Assembly (NCBI GenBank): GCA_002436415.1
Contig: DJMA01000041.1
Span: 36,410 to 100,409, forward strand
Length of the DNA stretch: 64,000 bases
Direction of reading: 5' to 3'
From: Bdellovibrionaceae bacterium UBA6502
Lineage (GTDB): Bacteria; Bdellovibrionota; Bdellovibrionia; Bdellovibrionales; UBA840
The first letter of the stretch is position 1, and each line of letters starts with the position of its first letter. The notes under the pieces were generated by a model. It saw nothing but the letters and a program-made list of their open reading frames with translations. It ran no database searches and was not told where the DNA came from. Made by a program: the position numbers and the translations under genes. Of the stretch, positions 18,635 through 28,975 are shown one piece after another.

Positions 18635-18712
18635 AAACCGGACTCTCGACTAGTTACAATTTACGTCACCCCATATTAAGCTAATGATAATAGATGTTTG
18701 TAGGGGGGTACA

Positions 18713-20413
18713 TTGGCTGCGAAACGTCTTGGCGAGTTACTCGTAACAAAAGAACTAATCAATATTGATCAATTGAATCAAGCAAAGATTGAACAGAAAA
18801 ACCATGGCGGCAGGCTTGGAACTGCGTTGGTGAAGTTAGGATTCATGAATGAATCTGAGCTAACTGAGTTTTTGGCGGAGCAGTATTCGGTTCCAGCCAT
18901 TGATTTAGAAACTTTTGAAATCGATCCTAAGGCTCTCGAAAAAATTCCAAAACAAATTTGTGACAAATACGTTTGTATTCCAATCTCCTTGTCGGGCACA
19001 ACCCTCGTCGTGGCAATGAGTGACCCTTCAAACATATTTGTGATTGATGATTTAACCTATATTACAAAGTGTAAAATTCAAACTGTGGTGGCATCAGAAA
19101 CCGCGATTGCAAAAGCCATTGAGTTTTACTTAACGAAAGCCATTTCCTACGAAAAAGTTATGTCGGAAATGGAGAACGAAACGGTTGTAACGGATGCAAC
19201 TGCGAGTGACGAAGGTGACGAAATTGTCGACCTTGAGGCCTCAGGTGATGATGCTCCTGTGGTGCAATTTATCAACTTACTACTTGCTGAGGCCATTCGC
19301 TTAAAGGCTTCCGATATTCACATTGAGCCTTACGAGAAAAAGTTTCGAGTCAGGTTTCGTGTTGATGGAACTTTGTCGGAGCGAATTCAACCACCAGCGG
19401 GAATGGCCCTTGCGATTACTTCTCGTATTAAAATCATGAGTAAACTAGATATTTCTGAGCGAAGAAAGCCGCAGGATGGACGATTAAAGTTGAGACTTAA
19501 AAATGGTCAAGAGGTGGATTTTCGTGTGAGTTGCTTGCCGGTAATTTTTGGTGAGAAAATTGTATTGCGTTTACTAGATAAATCAAATCTTCAGTTAGAT
19601 ATGACGAAATTAGGTTTTGAACCTGGTCAGTTGGCTTTGTTTAAAGATAATATTCATCGTCCTTATGGCATGGTTTTGATTACCGGTCCTACAGGTTCTG
19701 GTAAATCAACCACAATTTATTCTGCTTTGTCTGAGTTAAATAGTGTGGATGTAAATATATCTACGGCGGAAGATCCTGTGGAATTCAACTTAGAAGGTAT
19801 TAATCAGGTTCAAATGAATGCCGACGTTGGTTTAACCTTTGCGACTGCACTAAGATCTTTCTTAAGACAAGATCCTGATGTGATTTTGGTGGGGGAGATT
19901 CGTGATTTAGAGACGGCAAATGTTGGATTTAAGGCAGCCTTAACCGGTCACTTAGTTGTAAGTACGCTTCATACTAATGATGCACCAGGTACAGTGAATC
20001 GTCTAATTAATATGGATGTAGAGCCTTTTATGATTACCTCTGCCATCAACTGCGTTGTAGCGCAAAGGTTGGCGAGGCGTATTTGCTCTAACTGTGCAAG
20101 GCCATACAAAGTGACTCCAGAGCAATTAAAAGACTTAGGTGTTCCTGATGAATTAATTGATGGGGCTGAGATTTTAAAAGGCGAAGGCTGCGATCGTTGT
20201 AATCAATCGGGTTACAAAGGACGTATTGCTGTACATGAAGTAATGACTTTCACTGATCCTTTGAAGCAAGGGGTTTTTGATCGTCTTAGTCCGGTAGAGT
20301 TTAAAGCTTTGGCGATACGTGAGGGTATGCAGACAATGCGTATGAGTGCGATTCGAAAAATGTTACGTGGTGAAACTACAATGGAAGAAGTGTTTAATGT
20401 TTCAGTGGGATAA
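18713..20413 (+). CDS. pilB: Type IV pilus assembly ATPase PilB
   Basis: TTG start behind GGGGGG. GspE/MshE-type N-terminal domain, Walker A GPTGSGKST, Asp and His boxes, and a tetracysteine CSNC...CDRC motif. Confidence 0.92.
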   Translation: MAAKRLGELLVTKELINIDQLNQAKIEQKNHGGRLGTALVKLGFMNESELTEFLAEQYSVPAIDLETFEIDPKALEKIPKQICDKYVCIPISLSGTTLVVAMSDPSNIFVIDDLTYITKCKIQTVVASETAIAKAIEFYLTKAISYEKVMSEMENETVVTDATASDEGDEIVDLEASGDDAPVVQFINLLLAEAIRLKASDIHIEPYEKKFRVRFRVDGTLSERIQPPAGMALAITSRIKIMSKLDISERRKPQDGRLKLRLKNGQEVDFRVSCLPVIFGEKIVLRLLDKSNLQLDMTKLGFEPGQLALFKDNIHRPYGMVLITGPTGSGKSTTIYSALSELNSVDVNISTAEDPVEFNLEGINQVQMNADVGLTFATALRSFLRQDPDVILVGEIRDLETANVGFKAALTGHLVVSTLHTNDAPGTVNRLINMDVEPFMITSAINCVVAQRLARRICSNCARPYKVTPEQLKDLGVPDELIDGAEILKGEGCDRCNQSGYKGRIAVHEVMTFTDPLKQGVFDRLSPVEFKALAIREGMQTMRMSAIRKMLRGETTMEEVFNVSVG

Positions 20414-20416
20414 TGT

Positions 20417-21487
20417 ATGGGTGTAAGTTTAAATCAGTTGTTAAAAGCAGTAGTGGACCAGAATGCATCCGATTTACATTTAGTTGTAGGTAGTGTTCCT
20501 TGTATTCGTGTCTCGGGGCGAGTGGTTCGAGTTAAAACTGATAGGCTAGATTCGAAAACAATTAAAGAAATGTGTTATAGTCTTTTGTCAGATAGGCAAA
20601 AAGCTCTTTTTGAAGAACATAAAGAATTAGATTTCTCATTTGGAGTAAAAAAGTTGGCAAGATTTCGTTGCAACTTAAGTTACCATATGGGAACGGTAAC
20701 AGGAGTTTTTCGAAAGATTGCTCATAAAATACCAAGCTTTGAAGAGTTAGAGTTACCACCAAGTATTCGTGATCTTACGAAAGTGCAAAATGGTTTGGTT
20801 TTGGTTACGGGAGCTACCGGTTCTGGTAAGAGTACTACTTTGGCTGCCTTGGTGGATAAAATCAATCAAGAAGAGCATGGCACGATTTTCACCATTGAAG
20901 ATCCTGTTGAGTATGTTCATCCTCATAAAAATTGCATCGTTCGTCAAAGAGAGTTGGGGGCTGATACCAAAGGTTTTGGTCCGGCGATGAGAGCTCTGTT
21001 ACGTCAAGATCCAGATTATTGTTTGGTGGGTGAGATGCGGGACCTTGAAACCATTGAAGCGGCCATGACTGTGGCGGAGACAGGGCATTTGGTTTTTGGA
21101 ACACTTCATACCAACTCTGCTATTCAAACCATGAACCGTATTATTACCGTATTTCCAGCCGCGCAACAGGAACGTGTTAGGACTCAGTTGAGTTTTGTGT
21201 TGCAAGCAGTGATTGCCCAGCAACTGATCCCAAAGATTAATGGCGGTGTTGCTCTTGCGGTTGAAATCTTGATTCCCAATCAAGGGATTCGAAATTTGAT
21301 TCGAGAAAATAAATTACACCAAATTAAATCTATGATGCAAACCGGTCAGTCCAGCTCTGGAATGGTCACTATGAATCAAAGTATTTTAAGCTTATTGGTG
21401 AAACGTAAAATTGATTTGAACAATGCATTCAGAGCGAGTCCTGATCCTGATGAATTGGATGGAATGCTAAGAAAGGCTGGAGTTTAA
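20417..21487 (+). CDS. pilT: Type IV pilus retraction ATPase PilT
   Basis: ASDLHL, Walker A GATGSGKST, and the size (356 aa) and motifs of the PilT/PilU family. Confidence 0.92.
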   Translation: MGVSLNQLLKAVVDQNASDLHLVVGSVPCIRVSGRVVRVKTDRLDSKTIKEMCYSLLSDRQKALFEEHKELDFSFGVKKLARFRCNLSYHMGTVTGVFRKIAHKIPSFEELELPPSIRDLTKVQNGLVLVTGATGSGKSTTLAALVDKINQEEHGTIFTIEDPVEYVHPHKNCIVRQRELGADTKGFGPAMRALLRQDPDYCLVGEMRDLETIEAAMTVAETGHLVFGTLHTNSAIQTMNRIITVFPAAQQERVRTQLSFVLQAVIAQQLIPKINGGVALAVEILIPNQGIRNLIRENKLHQIKSMMQTGQSSSGMVTMNQSILSLLVKRKIDLNNAFRASPDPDELDGMLRKAGV

Positions 21488-22692
21488 TGGCTGTTTATTT
21501 GTATCAAGCGAAACAACCTGGTGGTAAGGTGGTTCGAGGTGAGGTGCAGGCCACTTCTGAGGTTGAGGCGCGAGTAAAAATTCGTTCTCAACAACTGATT
21601 CCTATTCGGGTTATGCCAAAAAGCGGTGCTAAAGGTGTAAAGAAAACTGGGATCGGAAAAATTAAACCTAAAGAACTGCAGGTTTTTACTAGGCAGTTTG
21701 CTACCATGATTGATTCGGGGATTCCTATTTCTCAGGCCCTGCAAATATTGGCGGATGGAACTCAATCTCCTCCTCTGAAAAAAGTCTTATCTGGTGTGAA
21801 AGAAGATCTTAACTCAGGTAAGCGTCTTGCAGAGTCTATGCAATCATTCCCAGGTGCCTTTGATAAGCTTTATGTAAACTTGGTACGAGCGGGTGAAGAA
21901 GGTGGTGTGCTTGATACTATCTTGGATCGTTTGGCCATGTATATTGAAAAAGCCGCTAAAATCAGAGGACAGATCAAAAGTGCGATGACCTATCCGGCCA
22001 TTATTCTATTGGTGTCGGCCTTGGTTATTGGAGTTATTTTAGGTTTCGTTATTCCAAAATTTATGGAGCTTTTTCGTAGTACAGGTCAAGAACTTCCAGA
22101 GATTACTCAAATGGTTGTGGATTGGTCAGACTTTTTAAGAGAGAAATGGTACGTTGTTTTAATTGGTGGAGCAGCAGTTTTTACTAGTGTAAAAGTCTTT
22201 GTGGGAACACCAGCGGGAAAAACCTATATGGATAACCTGGTGATTCGTATACCAGTTTTAGGGACACTTGTGCAAAAGGCGGAGATTGCAAGATTTTCTA
22301 GAACTATGTCTACCTTAATTGCTTCAGGGGTTCCTTTGTTGGATGGTTTAGATATTTGTGCTCAAACCATTGGGAACCAGGTGATTGCTGAATCCATTGT
22401 GGAGGCAAGAGCTGTTGTTTCCGAAGGTAAATCGATCATTAGTCCATTGGCAAAAAATCCATTTATTCCCGATATGGTTGTGCAGATGATTGGTGTGGGG
22501 GAGCAGACAGGTGCTCTTGATACCATGTTAGAAAAAATCGCAGATTTTTATGAAGATGAAGTAGATGAAGCAGTTAGTGCTTTGACTAGTATTATGGAGC
22601 CATTAATGATGGTATTTTTAGGTGGTATTATTGCCTTCCTGGTTATTGCGATGTATATGCCAATTTTCAATATGGCTGGAGGAATTACTTGA
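21487..22692 (+). CDS. pilC: Type IV pilus platform protein PilC (GspF family)
   Basis: 401 aa with duplicated GspF domains, three TMs and the characteristic C-terminal PIFNMAGGI. ATG overlaps the pilT stop. Confidence 0.92.
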   Translation: MAVYLYQAKQPGGKVVRGEVQATSEVEARVKIRSQQLIPIRVMPKSGAKGVKKTGIGKIKPKELQVFTRQFATMIDSGIPISQALQILADGTQSPPLKKVLSGVKEDLNSGKRLAESMQSFPGAFDKLYVNLVRAGEEGGVLDTILDRLAMYIEKAAKIRGQIKSAMTYPAIILLVSALVIGVILGFVIPKFMELFRSTGQELPEITQMVVDWSDFLREKWYVVLIGGAAVFTSVKVFVGTPAGKTYMDNLVIRIPVLGTLVQKAEIARFSRTMSTLIASGVPLLDGLDICAQTIGNQVIAESIVEARAVVSEGKSIISPLAKNPFIPDMVVQMIGVGEQTGALDTMLEKIADFYEDEVDEAVSALTSIMEPLMMVFLGGIIAFLVIAMYMPIFNMAGGIT

Positions 22693-24299
22693 GTCTGGCC
22701 CATGAAATCAAAAAAAGGCTAATGATGGCGGAGGCATTTAAACTATTGTGCCTCAGTGTTATCTTAGCGCTTCTGATGTTTTCACGATTGTTTCAATCTC
22801 AATTTGTTCATAGAGACTTATTGTTACCGAGTCTGATCGTATTGAGCATTGGTTTTGTTTTTCATTTGGTTTTTATTCTTCAATGTAAATTTCGCAAACC
22901 GAGTGAGATTTCTGTATACAGTTCTTTTGTTTTTGATGCTGTTTTGATAACGGCTTTGATTCATTTTATTGGCAATACGCAATCCCTAATGGTGATTTTG
23001 TACTTAATCAATATCATGTTAACTGGTTGGTTATTGGATAAACGAGCAGCCTATTATATGGCTTTGTTTAGCTCCATTTGTTTCAGTTTTCTCTTAGCCA
23101 TTAGCCCGCAAGTCGGTGGCAATGGTTTGGTACTAGCTTTTGTGTGGAATAACTTCGGTTTTTTTGCGGTAGCGGCCTTTAGTGCTTACGTGGGTGATTA
23201 TGCAAAGCAAGTGCAGGATAAATTAGAAGAAACTAGAGAGGATCTAGGTTTATTAAAAGATTTAAATCATTTGATCATTGAGAGCATGCCCAGTGGGTTT
23301 ATCTCTGTGGATATGTTAGGTCGAGTTTTGGTTATGAATCATGCCGCTCAAAAGATTGTAGGCATGATGGACTATGTAGGTCGTCGTTTTGAAGAATTGC
23401 TTCCTGGTGTTGAAAAAAAATATAAAGTCTTAAAAGAAGAGTTAGAGGCAGAAAACTACAGTGCTGAGGTCGTGCAGTTTGACTATGAAGTAAATGAAGG
23501 CGATGACTTTAAAGTCTTTCGTGTAGTTGGTTCTGAAATCTACGGTAAAAACTCCATGCAAATCGGTACTATGTATCTTTTGGCTGATCAAACTAGAGAG
23601 CGTGAACTTGAGAATCAAGCTCGGAGAAAAGAAAAGTTAGCCGCCGTTGGTCAACTGGCAGCGGGAATTGCCCATGAAATTAGAAATCCATTGGCAAGTA
23701 TGTCTGGTAGCATTCAGTTTATGAAAGAAAGTTTACCGAGTCTTGATGAAGACAGCCAGAAGTTGATGGAAATAGTCTTAAAAGAAACAGATCGCTTAAA
23801 TGATTTGATTAGCGACTTTATGGATTATGTAAAAGAAGAGCCAAAGGTAAACGATAAAATTGATCTAGAGGCCTTGATTGAAGAGTGTGTTGAACAATTG
23901 CGTTTTAACAAAGATCTAAAAAAGAGTGTAGAGATACATTTGGACTTGCAAGCAGGTAAAGAAATCTGGGGTAGTGAAGCGAAGCTAAGGCAGGTATTGT
24001 TAAACTTAATCATTAATGCCCACCACGCCCTAGAAAAAGTAAACCCTGCCCATATTTACATTTCTACTAAATATGAAATTGGACATTTCTTTTTGAGTAT
24101 CAAAGACAATGGTTGTGGCATGGATGAAAAGACCAAAGAGAAACTTTTTGAGCCATTCCATACGACAAAAGCAAAAGGCACCGGCTTAGGTTTAGCTACG
24201 GTACATAAAATATTAGAAACCCATCATGCTGGAGTGAGTGTTCATTCTGTTAAAGATGAGGGTACAGAGTTTATCATCGATTTTACACGATTGGTATAG
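22689..24299 (+). CDS. pilS: PilS-like sensor histidine kinase
   Basis: About six N-terminal TMs, a PAS-like middle region, H-box AHEIRNPL, N-box LLNLIINAHHAL and G-boxes DNGCGMD / GTGLGLA. Upstream of the pilR-like gene. Confidence 0.75.
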   Translation: MSLAHEIKKRLMMAEAFKLLCLSVILALLMFSRLFQSQFVHRDLLLPSLIVLSIGFVFHLVFILQCKFRKPSEISVYSSFVFDAVLITALIHFIGNTQSLMVILYLINIMLTGWLLDKRAAYYMALFSSICFSFLLAISPQVGGNGLVLAFVWNNFGFFAVAAFSAYVGDYAKQVQDKLEETREDLGLLKDLNHLIIESMPSGFISVDMLGRVLVMNHAAQKIVGMMDYVGRRFEELLPGVEKKYKVLKEELEAENYSAEVVQFDYEVNEGDDFKVFRVVGSEIYGKNSMQIGTMYLLADQTRERELENQARRKEKLAAVGQLAAGIAHEIRNPLASMSGSIQFMKESLPSLDEDSQKLMEIVLKETDRLNDLISDFMDYVKEEPKVNDKIDLEALIEECVEQLRFNKDLKKSVEIHLDLQAGKEIWGSEAKLRQVLLNLIINAHHALEKVNPAHIYISTKYEIGHFFLSIKDNGCGMDEKTKEKLFEPFHTTKAKGTGLGLATVHKILETHHAGVSVHSVKDEGTEFIIDFTRLV

Positions 24300-24314
24300 A
24301 AGAAGGGGAGCGAT

Positions 24315-25724
24315 ATGAAACCGAAAATTTTGGTTGTCGACGATGAAGAAAGCATCCGCGAGTTTTTAAACATCATGTTAAAAAAAGAAGGCTATGAAAT
24401 TAGCCTTGCGGAAGATGGAGAGCAGGCTAAGGAGCTTTTGAAAAACAAAAGCTTTCATATGGTTATCTCGGATTTACAAATGCCAAACGTTACTGGGATG
24501 GAGCTCTTAGAGCATGTTAAGGCTAATTATCCAGAAACTACATTTATGATGATCACAGCTTTTGGATCTACAGAAAATGCGGTTGAGGCGATGAAGTTGG
24601 GTGCTTATGATTACCTAACAAAGCCTTTTAAAATCGATGAAGTTCGAATTTTAATTAATAACGCATTGAAGGCTAAATCTCTTGAGAGAGAGAACAAACA
24701 ATTAAAGCGTGAATTAGGGGTTAGCAATAGCTTTCAAAATATCATTGGTAACTCGGATGCTATGCACCAGATTTTTCATTTGATTGAGCGAGTTTCCCAG
24801 TCGCCAACCAATGTATTAGTCACTGGTGAGAGTGGTACGGGTAAAGAGGTAGTGGCTAAAGCAATTCACTACAATGGCCCAATTAAAGAAAAGCCTTTTG
24901 TAACGGTTAACTGTGGTGCGATTCCTGAAAACTTAATGGAATCAGAGATGTTTGGTCACAAAAAAGGTTCCTTTACAGGAGCTGTTGCTGACAAGGTTGG
25001 TTTGTTTGAAGCGGCTGACGAGGGAACTTTGTTTTTAGATGAGGTGGGTGAGTTACCTCTAAATATCCAGGTAAAACTACTCCGTGCAATTCAGGAAAGA
25101 ATCATTCGAAAAGTTGGTGCTACTGAGGACCAAAAGGTAAACGTAAGAATTATTGCTGCTACCAATAGAGATCTTCAGAGCATGGTTAACGAAGGGAGCT
25201 TTCGAGAAGACCTATTTTATCGTTTAAATGTGATCAATATTAATACACCAGCTCTTCGAGAAAGAACAGATGATATTCCATTGTTAGCCAAACACTTTTT
25301 AAAGAAGTACTCAGAGAGAATGGGGAAGGGGATTGGTGCCATAAGTGATGAGGCTATGGAGATTTTAAAATCATACAATTATCCTGGTAACGTTAGGGAG
25401 TTAGAAAATATCATTGAGCGAACGGTAGCCTTAGAGGCAGGTGGCAGTATTTTGCCGGAAAGTTTACCGCCTTTAGTTTCAGTGAGTCGTAAAGGGGCTT
25501 CAGAAAGACGCCTGGCTAGTGCTCATGAAATCGAAATTACGGACGATGGAGTGGATTTAGATAAGATTCTTGGACAAATTGAAAAAGAATTGATCGTTAA
25601 GGCGATTCACCATACTGATGGTGTTAAGAAAAAAGCCGCAAAATTATTAGGAATTACATTTCGTTCGATGAGATACCGAGTAGATAAATACGGCTTGGGT
25701 TCTTCGGAAGAGGATGAGGATTAG
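24315..25724 (+). CDS. pilR: Sigma-54-dependent response regulator PilR-like (NtrC family)
   Basis: Receiver domain (ILVVDDEE...ISDLQMP), AAA+ domain (GESGTGKE, GSFTGA loop, ESELFGH-like) and a C-terminal Fis-type HTH. Confidence 0.85.
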   Translation: MKPKILVVDDEESIREFLNIMLKKEGYEISLAEDGEQAKELLKNKSFHMVISDLQMPNVTGMELLEHVKANYPETTFMMITAFGSTENAVEAMKLGAYDYLTKPFKIDEVRILINNALKAKSLERENKQLKRELGVSNSFQNIIGNSDAMHQIFHLIERVSQSPTNVLVTGESGTGKEVVAKAIHYNGPIKEKPFVTVNCGAIPENLMESEMFGHKKGSFTGAVADKVGLFEAADEGTLFLDEVGELPLNIQVKLLRAIQERIIRKVGATEDQKVNVRIIAATNRDLQSMVNEGSFREDLFYRLNVININTPALRERTDDIPLLAKHFLKKYSERMGKGIGAISDEAMEILKSYNYPGNVRELENIIERTVALEAGGSILPESLPPLVSVSRKGASERRLASAHEIEITDDGVDLDKILGQIEKELIVKAIHHTDGVKKKAAKLLGITFRSMRYRVDKYGLGSSEEDED

Positions 25725-25726
25725 GC

Positions 25727-25763
25727 TTAAGAATACTTAAAGTAAAACTTTAAGTGTTCTTAA
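25727..25763 (+). terminator. AT-rich 16-bp hairpin immediately after the pilR stop (weak terminator or protein-binding palindrome)
   Basis: TTAAGAATACTTAAAG / CTTTAAGTGTTCTTAA arms with a TAAAA loop and one G-U pair. There is no clean U-tract. Confidence 0.35.
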
Positions 25764-25955
25764 AATGAGATTTTTGCCTAGCCCCTTCGGTAGTGTTTTG
25801 TTTGAATATGATACTTTTTTTAAAAAAAACTTAAATAATATTTATACAAGGTATACACTTTCCGATAAGGGTACAGGTTTAAGAAAGATTTGACTAAATT
25901 AGAATATTAAATTTAGTTAACATATTTAAAGAACGTTAATCACTGGAGGGTATGA

Positions 25956-26492
25956 ATGAAACGTCTTTTAACTAAAAACAATAAGGGTTTTTCCCTAATT
26001 GAGCTAATGATCGTTGTTGCGATTATCGGAATTCTTGCTGCTATCGCAGTGCCAAACTACCAAAAATTTACTCGTAAAGCAAAGCAAGCTGGTGGTAAGT
26101 CACTCCTTAGTGGTTACTATACTGCTGCAAAAGCTACTATGGCTGAAATGGGTATCCATGGTGGTAACTTTCCACAAATTGGATTCAAGCCAGAGGGTGA
26201 GTTGATCTATCGTTTAGATGCGGCTGATTCTTCTACAGCATTGCCGGCTACTTTTGCTTCAATGAACTCTGATAATTCATGCATCAGTACTGTGGGTTCA
26301 GGTTGTACTGCGGCATACATTACCTGGAACAATCATCCGGTATCAACTGCTACTGCAGCTGGTGGTACTGCGGCTGCTACAAACAGACTTTTTACTGTTT
26401 ACGCTGCGGCTGACTTAGACGGCTCACAAGCTGATAGATGGGTTATTGATCAAAACAAAAACCTAACTATCGTTCAAGACGGTACCGAGTAA
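25956..26492 (+). CDS. pilA: Type IV major pilin
   Basis: Class III signal [35 protein letters not shown] with Gly-1, Phe+1 and Glu+5. RBS GGAGGG. Single Cys pair CISTVGSGC and a Thr/Ala-rich stretch. Confidence 0.9.
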   Translation: MKRLLTKNNKGFSLIELMIVVAIIGILAAIAVPNYQKFTRKAKQAGGKSLLSGYYTAAKATMAEMGIHGGNFPQIGFKPEGELIYRLDAADSSTALPATFASMNSDNSCISTVGSGCTAAYITWNNHPVSTATAAGGTAAATNRLFTVYAAADLDGSQADRWVIDQNKNLTIVQDGTE

Positions 26493-26519
26493 AAAAATAT
26501 TTTACTTAAAACCTAAAGA

Positions 26520-26548
26520 GTGTACTATTTTTATAGTACACTTTTTTT
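26520..26548 (+). terminator. Rho-independent terminator after pilA
   Basis: GTGTACTA / TAGTACAC form a perfect 8-bp stem with a 6-nt loop, followed by TTTTTTT. It abuts the next ATG (26549). Confidence 0.8.
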
Positions 26549-27286
26549 ATGTTCAAATTAATTTTTCTCGCCCTATTTTTTTACGGAATGATTGTTTCTA
26601 GCGTTCAGACTAGATATGAGAAGCCTATTGTCGAACCAAAAATTTATCCCTTAAAAGAGCAAAAACGTTTTTCATTAGGCTTTAATGATATTATGGCCGA
26701 TCTTTATTGGCTAAGGGTGATTCAAAATATCGATTATTGTGAGAATGCAAACTACGGTAGAAAATCATCTAATCCAGGCTTAGGCATGGATGAGATTTTA
26801 TCAGCTAATCTCAGAAATAGTAGGTGCCACAAAGGCTGGGTCTATCAAATGTTAAACTTAGTTACAGATTTGGCTCCCAAATTTCGTAAAGTATATCGAG
26901 TTGGCGGAGAACTCTTGAGTGTTGCGGTGGATGATCGTGAAGGTGCTAGGTTGATTTTTGATAAGGGAATAAAGCAGTTTCCAGCCTATTGGGAGCTTCT
27001 TTATTCAGCTTCCTATCATTATCTTTTTGAGTATCAAAATCCAGAGAAGGCCGCAGATCTTTTGATTCAGGCAGCAGAAAATGGTGGTCCATTCTGGTTT
27101 CGGCAAATGGCTGGTACCTTGTATACGAAAGCTGGTCGTTTTGTGATGGCAGAGGTAACTCTCAGGTCTTACGTAGAAAACTACGAAGGAAAACGTGGTG
27201 TAGAACAAGCTAAAAAACGTTTAGAGGAGTTGCAAGTTGCGAAACAAAAAGAAAAAGAACGTGTACAAAAAATAAAAGAAAAATAG
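26549..27286 (+). CDS. Membrane-anchored helical-repeat (TPR-like?) hypothetical protein with K/E-rich tail
   Basis: N-terminal TM (LIFLALFFYGMIVSS), a helical body (ADLYWLRVIQNIDY...) and a coiled-coil tail (EELQVAKQKEKERVQKIKEK). No SD is visible and the start is uncertain. Confidence 0.55.
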   Translation: MFKLIFLALFFYGMIVSSVQTRYEKPIVEPKIYPLKEQKRFSLGFNDIMADLYWLRVIQNIDYCENANYGRKSSNPGLGMDEILSANLRNSRCHKGWVYQMLNLVTDLAPKFRKVYRVGGELLSVAVDDREGARLIFDKGIKQFPAYWELLYSASYHYLFEYQNPEKAADLLIQAAENGGPFWFRQMAGTLYTKAGRFVMAEVTLRSYVENYEGKRGVEQAKKRLEELQVAKQKEKERVQKIKEK

Positions 27287-27289
27287 GTT

Positions 27290-28966
27290 TTACTCAATGC
27301 CGGAGTAGCTTGATATTTGGTCTGGCTTTTGATACTTATCGTATTCACGATAAAAATCCGGAATCATAGGGAACCACTGAAGGCTTACCAGTTTGTCCAC
27401 TTGGATAGAGATTGATTTTTTAATAAAAACATAGTCTCCGTCTTTATATTCCAGGCCATCTATTTTTAGATTTTCATTCCCATTTAGGAAGCGTATTTTA
27501 TAGCGTCCTTTTTTGGGTTTAAAATTCTGTATATTTCTATTAATAATAAAAGTCCTCGTATAAAGAGCAGACCAGTAGTGAGAAAAATTTTGTTTCAAGT
27601 AATCATGAAAACCAGATGGGGTATTTCGGATCAATCGGTCACAGTTGACTACTAAATAAGGTCCAATATTTTCTACTTTCTGAAGGTATTCGTTGAGTTG
27701 TTCGTCAGACCAATTTTGACTTCTTATTTTAAACTTACTATCAATCCAGTGATTTGGTAAGGATGTTTTCTTTTTAAACAAATAGTTCGAAGCGGCGATG
27801 TAGGAGTCATTTGAATTTAGAATTTCGTCAGCTAAACTTAAATTGAGTCTCTCTTTTTCATTGTAATTATAAAAAAGAAATCGAAGTTGGAAGCAGGGGA
27901 CTAGGAGGCCAGTGAATAAAATGGCATAAACAAAAACTTTCCTAGATTTTTTTTTCGGCAAATACTCTGAAGCAGTATACATGCTTATGCCAATAAGCAA
28001 AATGCTTGCAGGTAAAAAGTTTAAAAATGTATAAGGCCAGGCTGATGGGTTGATAAACATAAAAATGGCCAGGAAGGTAGCGAAACCCCTCAGCTCACTG
28101 TATTGTGATTTAGATTCTTTAATATGGAAAATTAATGAATATAGGCTGGCACTAAATATTAGAAGCCATTGGATGGGATTTGTCTTTAAAGAGGTTTTCC
28201 AGAAAAGGAATGTTTCCTTGAGATACATCAAGCTGCCGCCCATTTTTAAAGGGCTTTGCAAACTGTCTTGAGCAATTTTCCCGGCATCTGAGATAGACCA
28301 TGCCCAGCTATAATAAACAATAACGGGCAATAGCATAAGAGCGTAGAATTTTAGTAAACGAACTAAGCTTGATTGAGTTCGGTCAGATTTGGATTTCAAT
28401 AAAGTAACCAAATGCGATAGGCCGATAGCAAAAACCCAAAAAGCTGCCTTTTGAGAAATAAGGAAGGACAAGGAAATGAGAAAGCCTGCCCAGTAAAGTC
28501 TATTTTTTAAGAGAAAAATAGAAATGATACACAGAATTGACGCGCTAAGGCTGTCTTGCCTGTATTGGGCTGTGTTTGCGCTTAAGAATATTAAAGAAAA
28601 ATAACAAAAATGACTAAGAAAAGCGGCCAAGTTGCCAAAAACTTTTCTAAATTCTCTTATTAACAAAAAGAAACAGAGAGTAAAAATACTGCTCAAAAAA
28701 AATCTAAAAAAGATTATTGTATCGACGCTTGTTTCGAAGTTTTTTTGAAAGAAACTTAAAAAATAATAGCCGAGAACATTTTTGTATGGTGAATAGTCTC
28801 GATAGGGGACTAAGCCCTGAACAATATTTTCTACAAAATGTCCGACTTGAAACTCATCAGGTATAAGGCCTGTGTTGAATCCAGCCATCCAATAAATAAT
28901 CAACTGAATAAGGCTCAGAAAAATAAAAGAATAGTCCCAAATTTTTTTCTTATACAAGTCTTGCAT
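27290..28966 (-). CDS. GT-C fold (GT39/GT83, PMT/ArnT-like) polytopic glycosyltransferase candidate, paralog 1
   Basis: 558 aa with ~10-11 TMs. The first loop GLIPDEFQVGHFVENIVQGLVPYRDYSPYKNV matches the DE...PY.D...K signature of PMT_2/ArnT-like enzymes. C-terminal ~170-aa soluble domain. Clear paralog of the next gene. Confidence 0.7.
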   Translation of the reverse strand: MQDLYKKKIWDYSFIFLSLIQLIIYWMAGFNTGLIPDEFQVGHFVENIVQGLVPYRDYSPYKNVLGYYFLSFFQKNFETSVDTIIFFRFFLSSIFTLCFFLLIREFRKVFGNLAAFLSHFCYFSLIFLSANTAQYRQDSLSASILCIISIFLLKNRLYWAGFLISLSFLISQKAAFWVFAIGLSHLVTLLKSKSDRTQSSLVRLLKFYALMLLPVIVYYSWAWSISDAGKIAQDSLQSPLKMGGSLMYLKETFLFWKTSLKTNPIQWLLIFSASLYSLIFHIKESKSQYSELRGFATFLAIFMFINPSAWPYTFLNFLPASILLIGISMYTASEYLPKKKSRKVFVYAILFTGLLVPCFQLRFLFYNYNEKERLNLSLADEILNSNDSYIAASNYLFKKKTSLPNHWIDSKFKIRSQNWSDEQLNEYLQKVENIGPYLVVNCDRLIRNTPSGFHDYLKQNFSHYWSALYTRTFIINRNIQNFKPKKGRYKIRFLNGNENLKIDGLEYKDGDYVFIKKSISIQVDKLVSLQWFPMIPDFYREYDKYQKPDQISSYSGIE

Positions 28967-28975
28967 TGCGGCCTC

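Noticed and set aside
18645-18676. Sigma-32-like CCCCATAT upstream of pilB
   Set aside because: The -35-like CTCGAC is a poor match and the spacer is 18 nt, outside the usual range. A heat-shock promoter for pilB is also not expected.
25849-25864. Possible sigma-54 promoter for pilA (AGGTAT-ACACT-TTCC)
   Set aside because: The GG at -24 is present, but the invariant GC at -12 is CC. This is too weak to call without TSS data.
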